DNA of 64,000 nucleotides from Planctomycetota bacterium (GCA_965222115.1 CBDCTJ010000007.1:953562-1017561); one strand, 5' to 3'. Positions 18,624-34,109 are shown, numbered from the stretch's first letter. The notes: generated from the sequence alone by a model not told the origin. Translations and numbers: made by a program.

Positions 18624-19397
18624 ATGCGGCAATTGCGATATGGGTTTCTTTTGACCACGCCAAGCTCAGCGCCTAAGCATCCCGCTCCCGAGCGTACGTG
18701 GCGTCCGCTCAGTGGTTTGGCCGTATTGAGTTTCATCTTGGCAGTTGCCGGCGTCGTTGTGTCGCTCTACTGGTGGTGGGTAGAGATCATTCCATTCATA
18801 TTGGGATTGGGCGTGCTCTTCGGCGTGTCGCGTCGTTTGCGCCGTGGGCATGCTCTGGCCATCGCGGCCGTTGTGATTTCGTTGGCTGTTGGTTCGTGCA
18901 GCTATCGCGCCAATGCGGACCACAAACGTCATATTCGCGAAGTGTCCACGTCGCTCCTCTCCGCGCTTAGGCCCGATATCGCAGGCGACGTGCGTGATGA
19001 TGCGATGCGCCCTTGGTTTCGCACCGACGCCCTGGATCGTGGCGTGCTCGATGACGTCATCAAGCGCCACCATGTTGTCGAAGCGGAGTTTGGATCATTT
19101 CAAGGCGAGGTCGATACCGGCGGCTTCTTTGATAGCGCATTCCAGCGTTGGACTCAACCGCATCACTTGGTTGAGATCGGAAACGATACACCTGCGCCGC
19201 CACTCCAGGTCGGCACCGTGTGGTGGGTTCCCGCGAGCTACGAACGCGGCACGGTGTTTGTGGGCGTCCATTTGTTTCAGGGCAAGCCCGATCTTGGGCA
19301 AATGTTGGGACTCGCGCGCGAAGGCAAAATGAAACCGGGCGTCCGCGCGCCGATTGTGGCCGATTTGCGCTTCTACCGCCAAGGGGACGGTAAGTAG
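18624..19397 (+). CDS. membrane protein, hypothetical
   Basis: The start is taken at the ATG at 18624 (MRQLRYGF). There are three hydrophobic helices (LAVLSFILAVAGVVVSLYWWWVEIIPFILGLGVLFGV, ALAIAAVVISLAVG), then a soluble domain. The upstream part of the listed ORF is Arg-rich and unlikely to be coding. Confidence 0.5.
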   Translation: MRQLRYGFLLTTPSSAPKHPAPERTWRPLSGLAVLSFILAVAGVVVSLYWWWVEIIPFILGLGVLFGVSRRLRRGHALAIAAVVISLAVGSCSYRANADHKRHIREVSTSLLSALRPDIAGDVRDDAMRPWFRTDALDRGVLDDVIKRHHVVEAEFGSFQGEVDTGGFFDSAFQRWTQPHHLVEIGNDTPAPPLQVGTVWWVPASYERGTVFVGVHLFQGKPDLGQMLGLAREGKMKPGVRAPIVADLRFYRQGDGK

Positions 19398-19528
19398 TCC
19401 CGACGCCATCTGACGAACGCCTTGAACCTTTGGGGTGTCTAGCGCCACGTCCATCGGCCTCTTGGTACGATGCGATTCGAATGGCATGGCGCGCCATGCG
19501 TCTGAAATCGAACTCGAGGTACTGGGCC

Positions 19529-21127
19529 ATGAAGTTACCCCTCCGTCTTGCTGCTGGACTGGTCGTTGTCTTCGCCATCGCTGGATTGCCCCATGCCGTG
19601 GCCAAGCTTGGCAATGCCGAGCTCAAGGAGCTCGAAGGTCGATTCAATGACCTCTTCAAGGGCCCCGGCGATCCTGACGGCAAGAAGGATGTCTTGACCC
19701 AGTTGGCGAGTGACGCGCAGCCGCGCTCGCTCAAGATGTTGGCTGATGGGCTGTTGAAGCAATGTGTCATTCTCTGGGACCTTCGAGCGGAACTTCAGCA
19801 AGTCACCGTCGAGCATGCCGATGCCATGAATCGCAGATTCAAAGGAACGCACAACGCGCTTGAAAAGGAACTCCAGGAACTGCAGGGAAAGCTTAAGGAT
19901 CTCGACGCGTCGGTTGCGTCGGAATCCGAAGTGATGGATACCGCGATTGACGCGGTTGCCAGTGCGCCGGAAGCGTTGCGCAAAAACATCTTTCGTCGCG
20001 CGAAGACGTCCAAGCAATGGGTATACCGGGCGGCCGCCGCGCGCATTGCGGGTGCCAAGATGGCCGAAGAGAAGAACGCTCGGCTCTTTGTCCAGCGCGT
20101 CCTTATTGGCGACAAGGACCGTCGCGTTCGTTCGGCTGCATTGGAAATGGTTGGACAGGCAGAATCAGACTGGGAAGAGTTGGTGATGGGCCGCTTGGGC
20201 GATGCCGATTGGGGCGTGCAGCTCATGGCGGTTCGTATCCTGCATGAGCGCGACTACAAGCCGGCCGTGCCGCATTTGATTCAGGCATTGGGCAAGACCA
20301 CGCCGCGCGTGGCCGAGGCCATGGGCGCGGCGCTTCAACACTTCACCGGCGAAAAGATTGAGCCGTTTGCTGACGCATGGCAGCGTTGGTGGGAAGATCA
20401 CAAGGAGGATTGGGACAGCAAGGTCGAGGTCAAGAAGCAGAAGAAGGAAGAGTTTAAGTCGGTCCATTTCTATGGCATGGAGGTGAAGTCCGACAAGGTC
20501 ATTTTCATTATCGACGTATCCAAGTCGATGGAGCTAGAAACCAAGAACCACAATCCGCGCGAAAAGTGGAAGCCGGCCGGACCCACAACAGGTGGCGGGA
20601 AAGCGCCGCCGCCTCCGCCTCCGCCGCCCGAGATTCTTAGTGGGCCCAAGATCGACGTGGCCAAGCATGAGTTGAAAAAGGCCATTTCCGGGCTCGCGAG
20701 CGATGCCAAGTTCACCATTATCGCATTCAAGAGCGTGGCAAAGGCGTGGCGTCCCCAATTGGTTGAGGCCAACAAGAAGAATAAGGCCGCCGCGCTCAAA
20801 TGGGTGCGCAACATGAAGCCAAGTGGCGTGACCTACATCGACGGCGCATTGCGCTTGGCATTTCAAATTGGCGGCGTTACGAATGTCGATGATAAGTACG
20901 CCTCCGATCAAGTGGACACCATTGTGCTTGTGTCCGATGGCGCGCCGACCGACAACAAGATGCCCAAGCCCAAGCTGATGGATCCAGAGATAATTTTGAA
21001 GCACGTCCGCGAATGGAATGCGAAGAAGAAGGTTGTGATTAACTGCATTAGTGTGGACATGCTTCCTGGCGTGAAGTTCATGAAAGACCTCGCCGACCAA
21101 AATGGCGGCAAACACATCGATCGTTAA
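19529..21127 (+). CDS. secreted HEAT-repeat plus VWA domain protein
   Basis: The ATG at 19529 gives the signal peptide MKLPLRLAAGLVVVFAIAGLPHAVA. It has HEAT-like units (DRRVRSAALEMVGQ, DWGVQLMAVRILHE), a VWA MIDAS motif IFIIDVSKSM ... IVLVSDGAPTD, and an internal poly-Pro run (PPPPPPPP). Confidence 0.7.
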   Translation: MKLPLRLAAGLVVVFAIAGLPHAVAKLGNAELKELEGRFNDLFKGPGDPDGKKDVLTQLASDAQPRSLKMLADGLLKQCVILWDLRAELQQVTVEHADAMNRRFKGTHNALEKELQELQGKLKDLDASVASESEVMDTAIDAVASAPEALRKNIFRRAKTSKQWVYRAAAARIAGAKMAEEKNARLFVQRVLIGDKDRRVRSAALEMVGQAESDWEELVMGRLGDADWGVQLMAVRILHERDYKPAVPHLIQALGKTTPRVAEAMGAALQHFTGEKIEPFADAWQRWWEDHKEDWDSKVEVKKQKKEEFKSVHFYGMEVKSDKVIFIIDVSKSMELETKNHNPREKWKPAGPTTGGGKAPPPPPPPPEILSGPKIDVAKHELKKAISGLASDAKFTIIAFKSVAKAWRPQLVEANKKNKAAALKWVRNMKPSGVTYIDGALRLAFQIGGVTNVDDKYASDQVDTIVLVSDGAPTDNKMPKPKLMDPEIILKHVREWNAKKKVVINCISVDMLPGVKFMKDLADQNGGKHIDR

Positions 21128-21139
21128 TCCGGACGATTC

Positions 21140-21925
21140 ATGAAGCGCGCGTCGATGAGCGAACGAACGTCGCGCGGTGATGCCGCTTCGCAGGGCCAGT
21201 TGGGCTTGTGGCGTGGGGCCAAGTGGATTCGGTTGGGACGCGTTGCGGGCGTATCGATTGCGATTGATGCCGGGTTGCTGGTGTTGTTGGCCGGTGGACT
21301 CGTGTTGGGTCTCGCGGCCCCGTCGCCGGGTACCCGAGCACTCTCGATCGCGCTCGTGTTGGCATCGGTAGTGGTTCATGAGTTGGGCCATGCGTTGATG
21401 GCGCGCACGCTCGGCGTTTCGGTGGGCGGTGTCTACTTGCATGTGGTTCCCTTCGCAGCCATTGATGCGGGTGAACCCGAATCCAAAAGCGATGGGAACA
21501 AAATGTTGTGCATTGCGCTTGCCGGGCCGATGGCGAGTATGCTCGTTGCAAGCGTCTGCTGGCTCCTGGGCGCGCGCTTTGCGCTCGGCGACACGTCGGC
21601 CGAGCGTCTTTTGGATCTACCGCCCTTGACGCTCTTGCTATGGGTGAATGCGGTGATGGGCACAGTGAACCTTTTGCCCGCATTGCCGGTGGACGGTGGG
21701 CGCGCGCTTGAGGCCTGGGTGCGCCCGCGCGTTTCGTGGCGACGACGACACGGCATTCTTGCGGGTTGCGGATGGGCCGTGGCCCTTGGCGTAGCCGTTG
21801 TCGCCTATGTCACCTCCATGCCGCTTCGGCTTCCGATCGCGTTGCTTGCCGGCATCTTCCTACTCACCGCCATTCATTTGGGTACCGCCATCTTTCGCCG
21901 ACCATCTGAAAATGAACGCACCTAG
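21140..21925 (+). CDS. site-2 protease family (peptidase M50) intramembrane metalloprotease
   Basis: Multi-pass hydrophobic protein with HExxH in VVVHELGHALMAR and the second M50 motif NLLPALPVDGGR. Confidence 0.7.
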   Translation: MKRASMSERTSRGDAASQGQLGLWRGAKWIRLGRVAGVSIAIDAGLLVLLAGGLVLGLAAPSPGTRALSIALVLASVVVHELGHALMARTLGVSVGGVYLHVVPFAAIDAGEPESKSDGNKMLCIALAGPMASMLVASVCWLLGARFALGDTSAERLLDLPPLTLLLWVNAVMGTVNLLPALPVDGGRALEAWVRPRVSWRRRHGILAGCGWAVALGVAVVAYVTSMPLRLPIALLAGIFLLTAIHLGTAIFRRPSENERT

Positions 21926-22763
21926 CCCTACGGCACGATTTACAGGCACGTCCACCTACGTAGCGACCGACGACTTGCTCGTGGCCGTCAACGCGGCGTT
22001 AATCTTGGAGCGCCCCCTACTGATCAAGGGGGAGCCTGGCACCGGCAAAACAGTGTTGGCGCATGAAGTCGCCACGGCCCTCAAGCGTCCATTGATTGAG
22101 TGGCATATCAAGTCGTCAACGAAGGCGCAGAACGGTCTCTATGAGTACGATGCGGTGGCACGCCTGCGCGATTCACAGCTCGGCGACGATCGCGTACACG
22201 ACATTCGCAACTACATCGTGCGTGGCAAACTGTGGGAGGCGTTTACGCAGTCTGACGGCGCAGTGCTCTTGATCGATGAAATCGATAAAGCCGACATTGA
22301 GTTTCCCAACGATCTCCTGCAGGAACTCGACCGCATGGAGTTTGACGTCTATGAAACCAAGGAGACGGTACGCGCCAGCACGCGTCCGCTTGTGATCATC
22401 ACGTCCAACAACGAAAAGGAGCTACCCGACGCGTTCTTGCGCCGTTGTTTCTTCCACTACATTCGCTTTCCCGACCCCGAAACGATGGCAGCGATCGTGG
22501 AAACCCACTTCCCTGGCATCAAGCAAGACGTCATGCAGCAGGCCCTCACGGCCTTTTATGGCATACGCGATGTACCGAGTTTGAAAAAGCGCCCATCCAC
22601 CTCCGAACTCCTCGATTGGATTCGACTCTTGACCGCGGAGGGCATTCGACCCGAGGCGGCCGCGGGTGAAACCGGATTGCCCCCGCTGCATGGCGCGCTG
22701 CTCAAGAACGAGCAGGACGTGGCCATGACGCGGCATCACCAGTCAAGAGGGCGCCGACGGTGA
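21912..22763 (+). CDS. MoxR-family AAA+ ATPase
   Basis: MNAPSPTARFTGT...LLIKGEPGTGKT (Walker A), LLIDEIDKA (Walker B), VIITSNNEKELPDAFLRRCF (sensor/Arg finger region). The ATG at 21912 overlaps the end of the M50 gene by 14 nt. Confidence 0.85.
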   Translation: MNAPSPTARFTGTSTYVATDDLLVAVNAALILERPLLIKGEPGTGKTVLAHEVATALKRPLIEWHIKSSTKAQNGLYEYDAVARLRDSQLGDDRVHDIRNYIVRGKLWEAFTQSDGAVLLIDEIDKADIEFPNDLLQELDRMEFDVYETKETVRASTRPLVIITSNNEKELPDAFLRRCFFHYIRFPDPETMAAIVETHFPGIKQDVMQQALTAFYGIRDVPSLKKRPSTSELLDWIRLLTAEGIRPEAAAGETGLPPLHGALLKNEQDVAMTRHHQSRGRRR

Positions 22764-23941
22764 GTGCCCTCTTTGGCCAGTTCTTCTACGCGTTACGTGC
22801 CTACGATGTGCCTGTGAGTCTGCGCGAATACCTCACATTGCTTGAGGGTGTGGCCAAGGGACTTGCCAGTTTTCGTGTGGACGACTTCTACGTATTGAGT
22901 CGCGCATGCCTCGTCAAGGATGAGCGGCATATCGATAAATTTGATCGGGTATTTGGCCACATCTTTCGCGGCATGGAATTGTTAACCGATCCGCAGCAGG
23001 AGATTCCTGAGGCATGGCTGCGCCGTTTGGCCGAGCGCTTCCTCGGCCCCGATGAATTGGAGAAGATCCAGGCGCTGGGCGGTTTTGATGAACTCATGCG
23101 CACCTTGATGGAGCGACTCAAGGAACAACAGGAGCGGCATCAGGGCGGAAACAAGTGGATTGGCACGGGCGGAACGTCACCTTTTGGGGCGTGGGGCGCC
23201 AATCCCTTTGGCGTGCGCATCGGACAGCATCGATCGCGTCACCGTCGCGCCGTCAAGGTGTGGGACGCACGCGAGTTTCGAGATTTTGATGACAGTCGCG
23301 AACTGGGTACACGCAACATCAAGGTGGCGCTGCGGCGATTGCGGAAGGTCGTACGCGAAGGGCGCGAGTGGGATCTCAATGTGGACCACACCATTCGCGC
23401 CACCGCCAAGAACGCGGGCTATCTCGACATGGTGTGGGAGCGCTCGCGTGAAAACCGTGTGAAAGTGTTGCTCCTGCTCGATGTGGGTGGCTCGATGGAC
23501 GATCACGTGCAATCCGTGGAAGAGCTGTTTTCTGCGGCGCGTGCGGAGTTCAAGCATCTCGAAGTGTTCTATTTCCACAACTGCCTCTATGAGGAAGTGT
23601 GGCGCGACAATCAGCTACGTCATCGCGACCGCACCAGCACGTTGGAGCTCATGCACACCTACGGCCCCGACTACAAGGTGATGTTTGTGGGCGACGCCAG
23701 CATGAGTCCCTACGAGATCACCGAAGTTGGAGGGTCCGTCGAACATTGGAATCCCGAGAGCGGTCAAATGTGGCTGCGTCGCGCGCGGCGCACGTGGAAG
23801 CACTGTGTGTGGATCAATCCCGTGCCGGAGGCCCACTGGGGATTTACCTATTCCATTCAGATGATCCGCAATCAGTTCGAGGGGCGGATGGTGCCGCTCA
23901 CGCTTGAAGGGCTCGAGCGTGCCACCAAGGCGTTGAGCTAA
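22760..23941 (+). CDS. VWA domain protein, CoxE-like
   Basis: The N-terminus FFYALRAYDVPVSLREYLTLLEGV and the MIDAS-like LLLLDVGGSMDDH are typical of CoxE-type VWA partners of MoxR ATPases. Its GTG start overlaps the moxR stop (GTGA). Confidence 0.8.
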   Translation: MSALFGQFFYALRAYDVPVSLREYLTLLEGVAKGLASFRVDDFYVLSRACLVKDERHIDKFDRVFGHIFRGMELLTDPQQEIPEAWLRRLAERFLGPDELEKIQALGGFDELMRTLMERLKEQQERHQGGNKWIGTGGTSPFGAWGANPFGVRIGQHRSRHRRAVKVWDAREFRDFDDSRELGTRNIKVALRRLRKVVREGREWDLNVDHTIRATAKNAGYLDMVWERSRENRVKVLLLLDVGGSMDDHVQSVEELFSAARAEFKHLEVFYFHNCLYEEVWRDNQLRHRDRTSTLELMHTYGPDYKVMFVGDASMSPYEITEVGGSVEHWNPESGQMWLRRARRTWKHCVWINPVPEAHWGFTYSIQMIRNQFEGRMVPLTLEGLERATKALS

Positions 23942-24039
23942 ATCAGGTGATGCATACATTCGTCGGGCTTAAGTAGTCCCGCTCGAATTTGAGCTGCGCC
24001 GGTACGATGGGTCGTGGCTGGACCGAGGATCCTTGACTC

Positions 24040-26601
24040 ATGTCGTCAAACGTGCGCGCATTGCTTCTGCTCATGGCCTTCGCGGCCGTTGTGACCCTTG
24101 GCGTCATGTGGTTTTTGGATGGGTTCGATGGCGGCGATCGCGACGTGAGCACGGTCACCTACGACGAAGAGGCACGCAGCAACGAGCTTCTGACCGAGCT
24201 TCGTTCCACTGCCGACAGGCGCCGTGTACCTGGCTTAGAGACCGTTGGGCTTGAGGGGAAAGGCGCGGGCACGGGCCACTTGCGCGGCGAGGTGTATCTC
24301 TTTGTTGCGGGCAAATCGGGGCGCCCGCTGCCGGGTGTGAAGGTCAAAATTCTCGGTTATCGAAAGGGCCTGCCTGAACTTCACCTGGAAGAAGTCACCA
24401 ACGAAAAGGGCGTCTTTCACTTCCGCGACGTACCTGTGTTTCTAAACGGCGTATTGTTGATTCATCATCCGCCGTATCGCGAGTACCTCCTACGCGGCAT
24501 GAGCGTGCTCAAAGACCGCACCAAAGACGTGGGGAGGATTCGATTGGGGGCGCCCACGTCCTTGCAGGGCGAAGTGCTCGACGCTCGCGGACGTCCGGTC
24601 ACAGGGGCACGCGTGCAAGTGCTCAAGGACCGCAGTCGACGCGACAGCTTCGATATTCATCGCGCCTTGCGCGAACTTCAGACCGAGGGAGCGCCGATGG
24701 CGCAATCGGCGGTTGCCGAGGACGGCTCGTTTCGTATTGGCGATCTGCCACCGGGGCAGTACGTACTGCGGGTGAGTGCGCCCGGGTTCGCAACAACGTT
24801 TCGCGCGGGCGTGTATGTTTCAGCCGACGAGAACAGCACGCGTGTGCGCATTGTCTTGGATGAAGGTGCGGGCTACAAGGGGTATGTGCGCGATGAGAAA
24901 GGCCAGGCCGTTGCTGGCGCGCGCATTATCGCCGTTATTGCGCAGAGCCAAAAGATGACGCGGCTAGACCGCATGGATGCTCAATCCGATGCACACGGAT
25001 ACTACGAACTCAATTCACTCGTGCCCGGCGTGCGTTACTTTATCTCTGCAGCGGCCGATGGATACGCGTCCAGTGCCATGGTGCTCACACCGTCTGCCAA
25101 GGTTCAGCAGCGCAACATCACACTGAAGCCCAGTGGCCGAATTGTGGGGCGTATCACAGACAAAGAAACCGGGCAACCCATCGCCGCCGCCCATGTCGGT
25201 CTACTAGCGGGACAAATGATGTCGATGTCGCCCGTTGCGACGACGACGAATGAACATGGTGAATACGAGTTTCCCCATGTTTCACCAGGTCCTATCTTGG
25301 GTCTTACCGTTTCCGCCGAAGGGTATCAACAAAGCGACGTATTGGACGCGCTCGCGGTGGGTGCTAAGACTGTTCTCGCGGGTCAAGAAACGCGGCTGGA
25401 CTGGACACTGGTCGCGGGCGGTTCGATTGAAGGCCATGTACGGGCGCGTGACGGAAGGCCTGTGCCCTATGCGACTGTGGCGTTTTATGATCGTCGGCGT
25501 GCCTACCACGGTGAGCGAACGTCCGTTACCGGGGTGGACGGCTCGTACCGCATAGTTGGATTGCGTGCCGCGAAATACGAAGTGCGTATAACCGCTCCGG
25601 GCTACGCCCCACCGCACGACAAACGCGTGGCGGAGTTTGTCATGCCCAAGGCACTCGGTGAGCACGAGCATCCCATCGTGATTGACCGGGGTGCGGTCAT
25701 CCATGGCGTCGTGAAGAATCCACAGGGCGAACCGCAGGCCGGTGCACGCATTCAGTTGCTGGCGCTAGGCAACAGCGCCGCTCAGCGTCGCGTGCAAGAC
25801 ATCAAGACGGTTACTGGGAGTACCGGCGCCTACGTGCTCTACGGCGTCCCGGTTGAGATGCCGCTCAAGATCGTGGCCGAGCATGATGAGTTTGCTTCTG
25901 CCGAAAGTGCACGTTACGAGTTTCCTCCGGGGGCCGATCAAGTTGTTCACCTGCAACTGCGGGCCGGCATTTCGCTATCAGGTTTCGTCGTCGACCAAGA
26001 CGGGCGAAAGCTAGAAGGAGCTCGCGTGCGTTGGGGTCTCATTCGCGATGCACACGATCGGGCGCTTCGCGATTCGTACCGGGCCGATGAACTATTGGGT
26101 ACGCGGGTGGTTCGTAGCGACCAACGGGGTGAATTCGTAGTGGATGGGTTGCGGCAAGGCGGGCTCTTGCTCAAAGTCGAGCACGAAGGCTATGCCACGT
26201 GGTACCGGCGCGACCTGGTGATCACAGACGGGGAGTTGGAGGAGTTGCGCGTGGAGCTTCAAGGCGCGCTTGCGGTGAGCGGGCGTGTGATGTCAGCAGC
26301 CACAGGACGCGCGTTGGCGGGCGCCTATGTCTACGCCATTGAGAAGGGCCCCGCCGAGGGACAAGAGGATGATCCCGGTCACGTCAATGTGCTTGTGAAT
26401 GGGGAGACCGGCGTCGACGGTCGCTTTCATTTGGATGGCATTCCACCGCGTCGCCTCGATGTCGTGGTGTGGTTTGCGCCGGGACATGTCGGTGCGGCCC
26501 AAAACCGCGCGGATCCATCCAATCGCAAACGCAACGTGTCGGCCGGCGCATCCAATTTGGTGTTTCACCTCAAACCGGTTGGCAAGGTTGAGGGGGAATA
26601 G
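24040..26601 (+). CDS. membrane-anchored protein with about 8 carboxypeptidase-regulatory-like beta-sandwich repeats
   Basis: N-terminal anchor ALLLLMAFAAVVTLGVMWFL. There are eight recurrences of the G.V.D..G.P..GA.V pattern (e.g. GEVLDARGRPVTGARVQV, GYVRDEKGQAVAGARIIA, GVVKNPQGEPQAGARIQL, GFVVDQDGRKLEGARVRW). Confidence 0.65.
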   Translation: MSSNVRALLLLMAFAAVVTLGVMWFLDGFDGGDRDVSTVTYDEEARSNELLTELRSTADRRRVPGLETVGLEGKGAGTGHLRGEVYLFVAGKSGRPLPGVKVKILGYRKGLPELHLEEVTNEKGVFHFRDVPVFLNGVLLIHHPPYREYLLRGMSVLKDRTKDVGRIRLGAPTSLQGEVLDARGRPVTGARVQVLKDRSRRDSFDIHRALRELQTEGAPMAQSAVAEDGSFRIGDLPPGQYVLRVSAPGFATTFRAGVYVSADENSTRVRIVLDEGAGYKGYVRDEKGQAVAGARIIAVIAQSQKMTRLDRMDAQSDAHGYYELNSLVPGVRYFISAAADGYASSAMVLTPSAKVQQRNITLKPSGRIVGRITDKETGQPIAAAHVGLLAGQMMSMSPVATTTNEHGEYEFPHVSPGPILGLTVSAEGYQQSDVLDALAVGAKTVLAGQETRLDWTLVAGGSIEGHVRARDGRPVPYATVAFYDRRRAYHGERTSVTGVDGSYRIVGLRAAKYEVRITAPGYAPPHDKRVAEFVMPKALGEHEHPIVIDRGAVIHGVVKNPQGEPQAGARIQLLALGNSAAQRRVQDIKTVTGSTGAYVLYGVPVEMPLKIVAEHDEFASAESARYEFPPGADQVVHLQLRAGISLSGFVVDQDGRKLEGARVRWGLIRDAHDRALRDSYRADELLGTRVVRSDQRGEFVVDGLRQGGLLLKVEHEGYATWYRRDLVITDGELEELRVELQGALAVSGRVMSAATGRALAGAYVYAIEKGPAEGQEDDPGHVNVLVNGETGVDGRFHLDGIPPRRLDVVVWFAPGHVGAAQNRADPSNRKRNVSAGASNLVFHLKPVGKVEGE

Positions 26602-26611
26602 CCTCGCGGGA

Positions 26612-31818
<5,207 letters not shown>

Positions 31819-31863
31819 CGCCGCACCCACCCGCAATCTCGTCGTTTGCCTTTTGTGACGAAA

Positions 31864-31897
31864 AAGCCGAAGAAACACGTAGTGTTCTGTACGGCTT
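31864..31897 (+). terminator. weak candidate intrinsic terminator hairpin after the GT2 gene
   Basis: AAGCCG...CGGCTT outer stem plus an imperfect inner stem (AGAAACA/TGTTCT) 46 nt after the stop. There is no T-tract, so confidence is low. Confidence 0.2.
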
Positions 31898-32057
31898 CGT
31901 TCAAGTCAAGTGGTACCAAATGCCGAGAAATTGGGGAGAGGTTGCGGGCTGAGACGCGTGCGTAGCGTTTCCCCCTCGCCGCGATCGTTTTCAGGATCCA
32001 GTAGTCCCTTTGTCACCCGGGCGTGGCGTGGTGGATTGCGTTGAGGACACACATTTC

Positions 32058-33191
32058 ATGGCCAGGATTCTGATTGTCGAAGACGAGGAATTCCTGCGCG
32101 ACATTTTGTCGCAGCACTTGGGAACCCAAGGCCATATCTGCGATCACGCGCCCGATGGTGAAGTCGGGGTGCGCATGGTGGGCGCTGCCAAAGAAGGCTA
32201 CGACGTCATCATCAGTGACATTCATATGCCCAAGATGGATGGTTTGGCGTTTCTCCGTCGAGTACAACCGTACGTCGAGTCGGTCACACCGTGCATGATT
32301 CTGACCGCCTACAACGAACTCGAACACGCCATGGAAGCCATTCGGCTAGGCGCCTGCAACTTCATTCCTAAAAATCCATTCAATTTGGACGAGATTACTG
32401 AAGCCGTCAATCGCGCGTTGGAGTTGCGCAAGGTCTATACACTTCGCCACAACTATAAGCAACAGTTGGAACAAAAACTTCGCGAGAAAGAAGAGGAGTT
32501 GCGGCGGACCTATGACGGCACGGTGATTGGGTTCGCGTCGATGATTGAAGGCAAGGACGCCTCCACCATGGCGCATCTCTACCGCGTGCGCGACTACGTG
32601 ACGTTGCTTGCCAAGGAAGTGGGGCTGCCCGCCGATCAGATGCGCGACTTGCAACTGGGGGCCATGCTGCACGACGTGGGAAAGTATCGCGTGCCCGACG
32701 CAATCCTGACCAAGCCATCTTCCCTGACGGAAGATGAGTGGGTCATCATGCGGCGCCACCCGGCCTTTGGCGCGCAGTTCGTGGCGGCGATTCCGTTCCT
32801 CACGGGCGCGCGCGATGTCATTGAGTACCACCATGAGCGTTGGGACGGCAAGGGCTACCCTCATGGGCTGTCGGGTGAGGACATCCCGTTGGCGGCACGC
32901 ATCTTTGCGGTCGTCGATGCCTTCGATGCCATCGTGTCGGAGCGCTGTTACAAAGAAGCGCAAACACCGGCCACCGCCTTGGTTGAGATTCGGCGCTGCG
33001 CCGGTACGCAGTTTGATCCGTCCATTGTGGACGCCTTTGAACGTGTCTTGCCGCTTATCGAGCGTTGCGCGGAAGACTTTGAACGCCGCTTCCGGAATGA
33101 AATCGAGTCCATTGGTCTTGGCCGCGCCACCGATCGCAAGCGCGTGGCCGAGCAGGGCCATGAAGTGTTGGACCGCGAACTCCGCGCCTAA
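32058..33191 (+). CDS. response regulator with HD-GYP c-di-GMP phosphodiesterase domain (RpfG-like)
   Basis: Receiver MARILIVEDEEFLRD...VIISDIHMPKMDG...ILTAY...KNPF. The HD-GYP domain has HDVGK and HHERWDGKGYPHGL. Confidence 0.85.
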   Translation: MARILIVEDEEFLRDILSQHLGTQGHICDHAPDGEVGVRMVGAAKEGYDVIISDIHMPKMDGLAFLRRVQPYVESVTPCMILTAYNELEHAMEAIRLGACNFIPKNPFNLDEITEAVNRALELRKVYTLRHNYKQQLEQKLREKEEELRRTYDGTVIGFASMIEGKDASTMAHLYRVRDYVTLLAKEVGLPADQMRDLQLGAMLHDVGKYRVPDAILTKPSSLTEDEWVIMRRHPAFGAQFVAAIPFLTGARDVIEYHHERWDGKGYPHGLSGEDIPLAARIFAVVDAFDAIVSERCYKEAQTPATALVEIRRCAGTQFDPSIVDAFERVLPLIERCAEDFERRFRNEIESIGLGRATDRKRVAEQGHEVLDRELRA

Positions 33192-33203
33192 CGTTGTGGG
33201 TCG

Positions 33204-34010
33204 TTATGCGCGCTTTCGGCGTTCGAAGAACTTCTTACGGAAGAATCGCGGTGGGTTCTTTTCCGAGAGCAACCCCACCGCTACCATACCGCCTTCACGA
33301 TCTTTGAACTCAGCGGCGACCAGTTGCGCGCGGGTGGTCCACACCGCTTGACCCGCATGCACAAACCGAAGCGACAAGGGGTGTTCACCGAGTCGTGCGT
33401 GCACATCGCCATCACTTCGCGCAGGAAGATCGGCGGCAATCATGCGTTCGCCCAAGCCCCGTACGCGACCGATGTAGCGAGGTCCCGCTGTGGTGCCCGC
33501 ATCATCGGCAAATACCAAAACCTGTAAGTAGAGGTTGGGACGCGTGAGTAGCGACAGGCCGTCCAGCACATCATGAACACGTGTGGGCGCGCGCTGAATG
33601 GCCATTTCGCTGCTCATGCCCAAACGGCGCTGCTGCTCGGGCGTTAGCGATGTTGCGAAGGAACATCCGAGAAACAGCCCGTCTTCTTCGCCGCTGCGCG
33701 TTCCCAAGCGCAACATCCGCGTTTCGGTAACGACCCCGTGATCGGGAAACACGAGATCGAATCCGCCGTCAAACTCCTCGTGCATCCATTCGATCAGATT
33801 GGCCGCGTCGTCGTCCATGGCCTTCATGAGCGCCTCGCGATCGACGCGCATCAAAACGCCGCCTTCCGAGACATCGACCGTGACGCCGGTGTATTCCCCC
33901 CGTTTGCATCGCGCCAGCACCGGCAGCTTGAGCAGCAGGCGCGGATGGGCGCGCTTGCCGGAAAGTAGGGCGCGGAGGGGGTCGCTCTCGCGGTGGGGGT
34001 CGTGATTCAC
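33204..34010 (-). CDS. PilZ domain protein (probably tandem PilZ-like domains)
   Basis: The N-terminal half carries both c-di-GMP-binding motifs, RAHPR (RxxxR) and DVSEGG (D.S..G). The C-terminal half has a PilZ-like GRVRGLGERMIAADLP segment. Confidence 0.7.
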   Translation of the reverse strand: MNHDPHRESDPLRALLSGKRAHPRLLLKLPVLARCKRGEYTGVTVDVSEGGVLMRVDREALMKAMDDDAANLIEWMHEEFDGGFDLVFPDHGVVTETRMLRLGTRSGEEDGLFLGCSFATSLTPEQQRRLGMSSEMAIQRAPTRVHDVLDGLSLLTRPNLYLQVLVFADDAGTTAGPRYIGRVRGLGERMIAADLPARSDGDVHARLGEHPLSLRFVHAGQAVWTTRAQLVAAEFKDREGGMVAVGLLSEKNPPRFFRKKFFERRKRA

Positions 34011-34109
34011 GCCGTAGATCTCGGAGCCGGGAAAGGTCGTAATCTACTGTGAAATGCGGCAAGTCCTATGGCCTCTTCGCGCAGGACTCGAGAACAACGG
34101 GTCCGTCCG

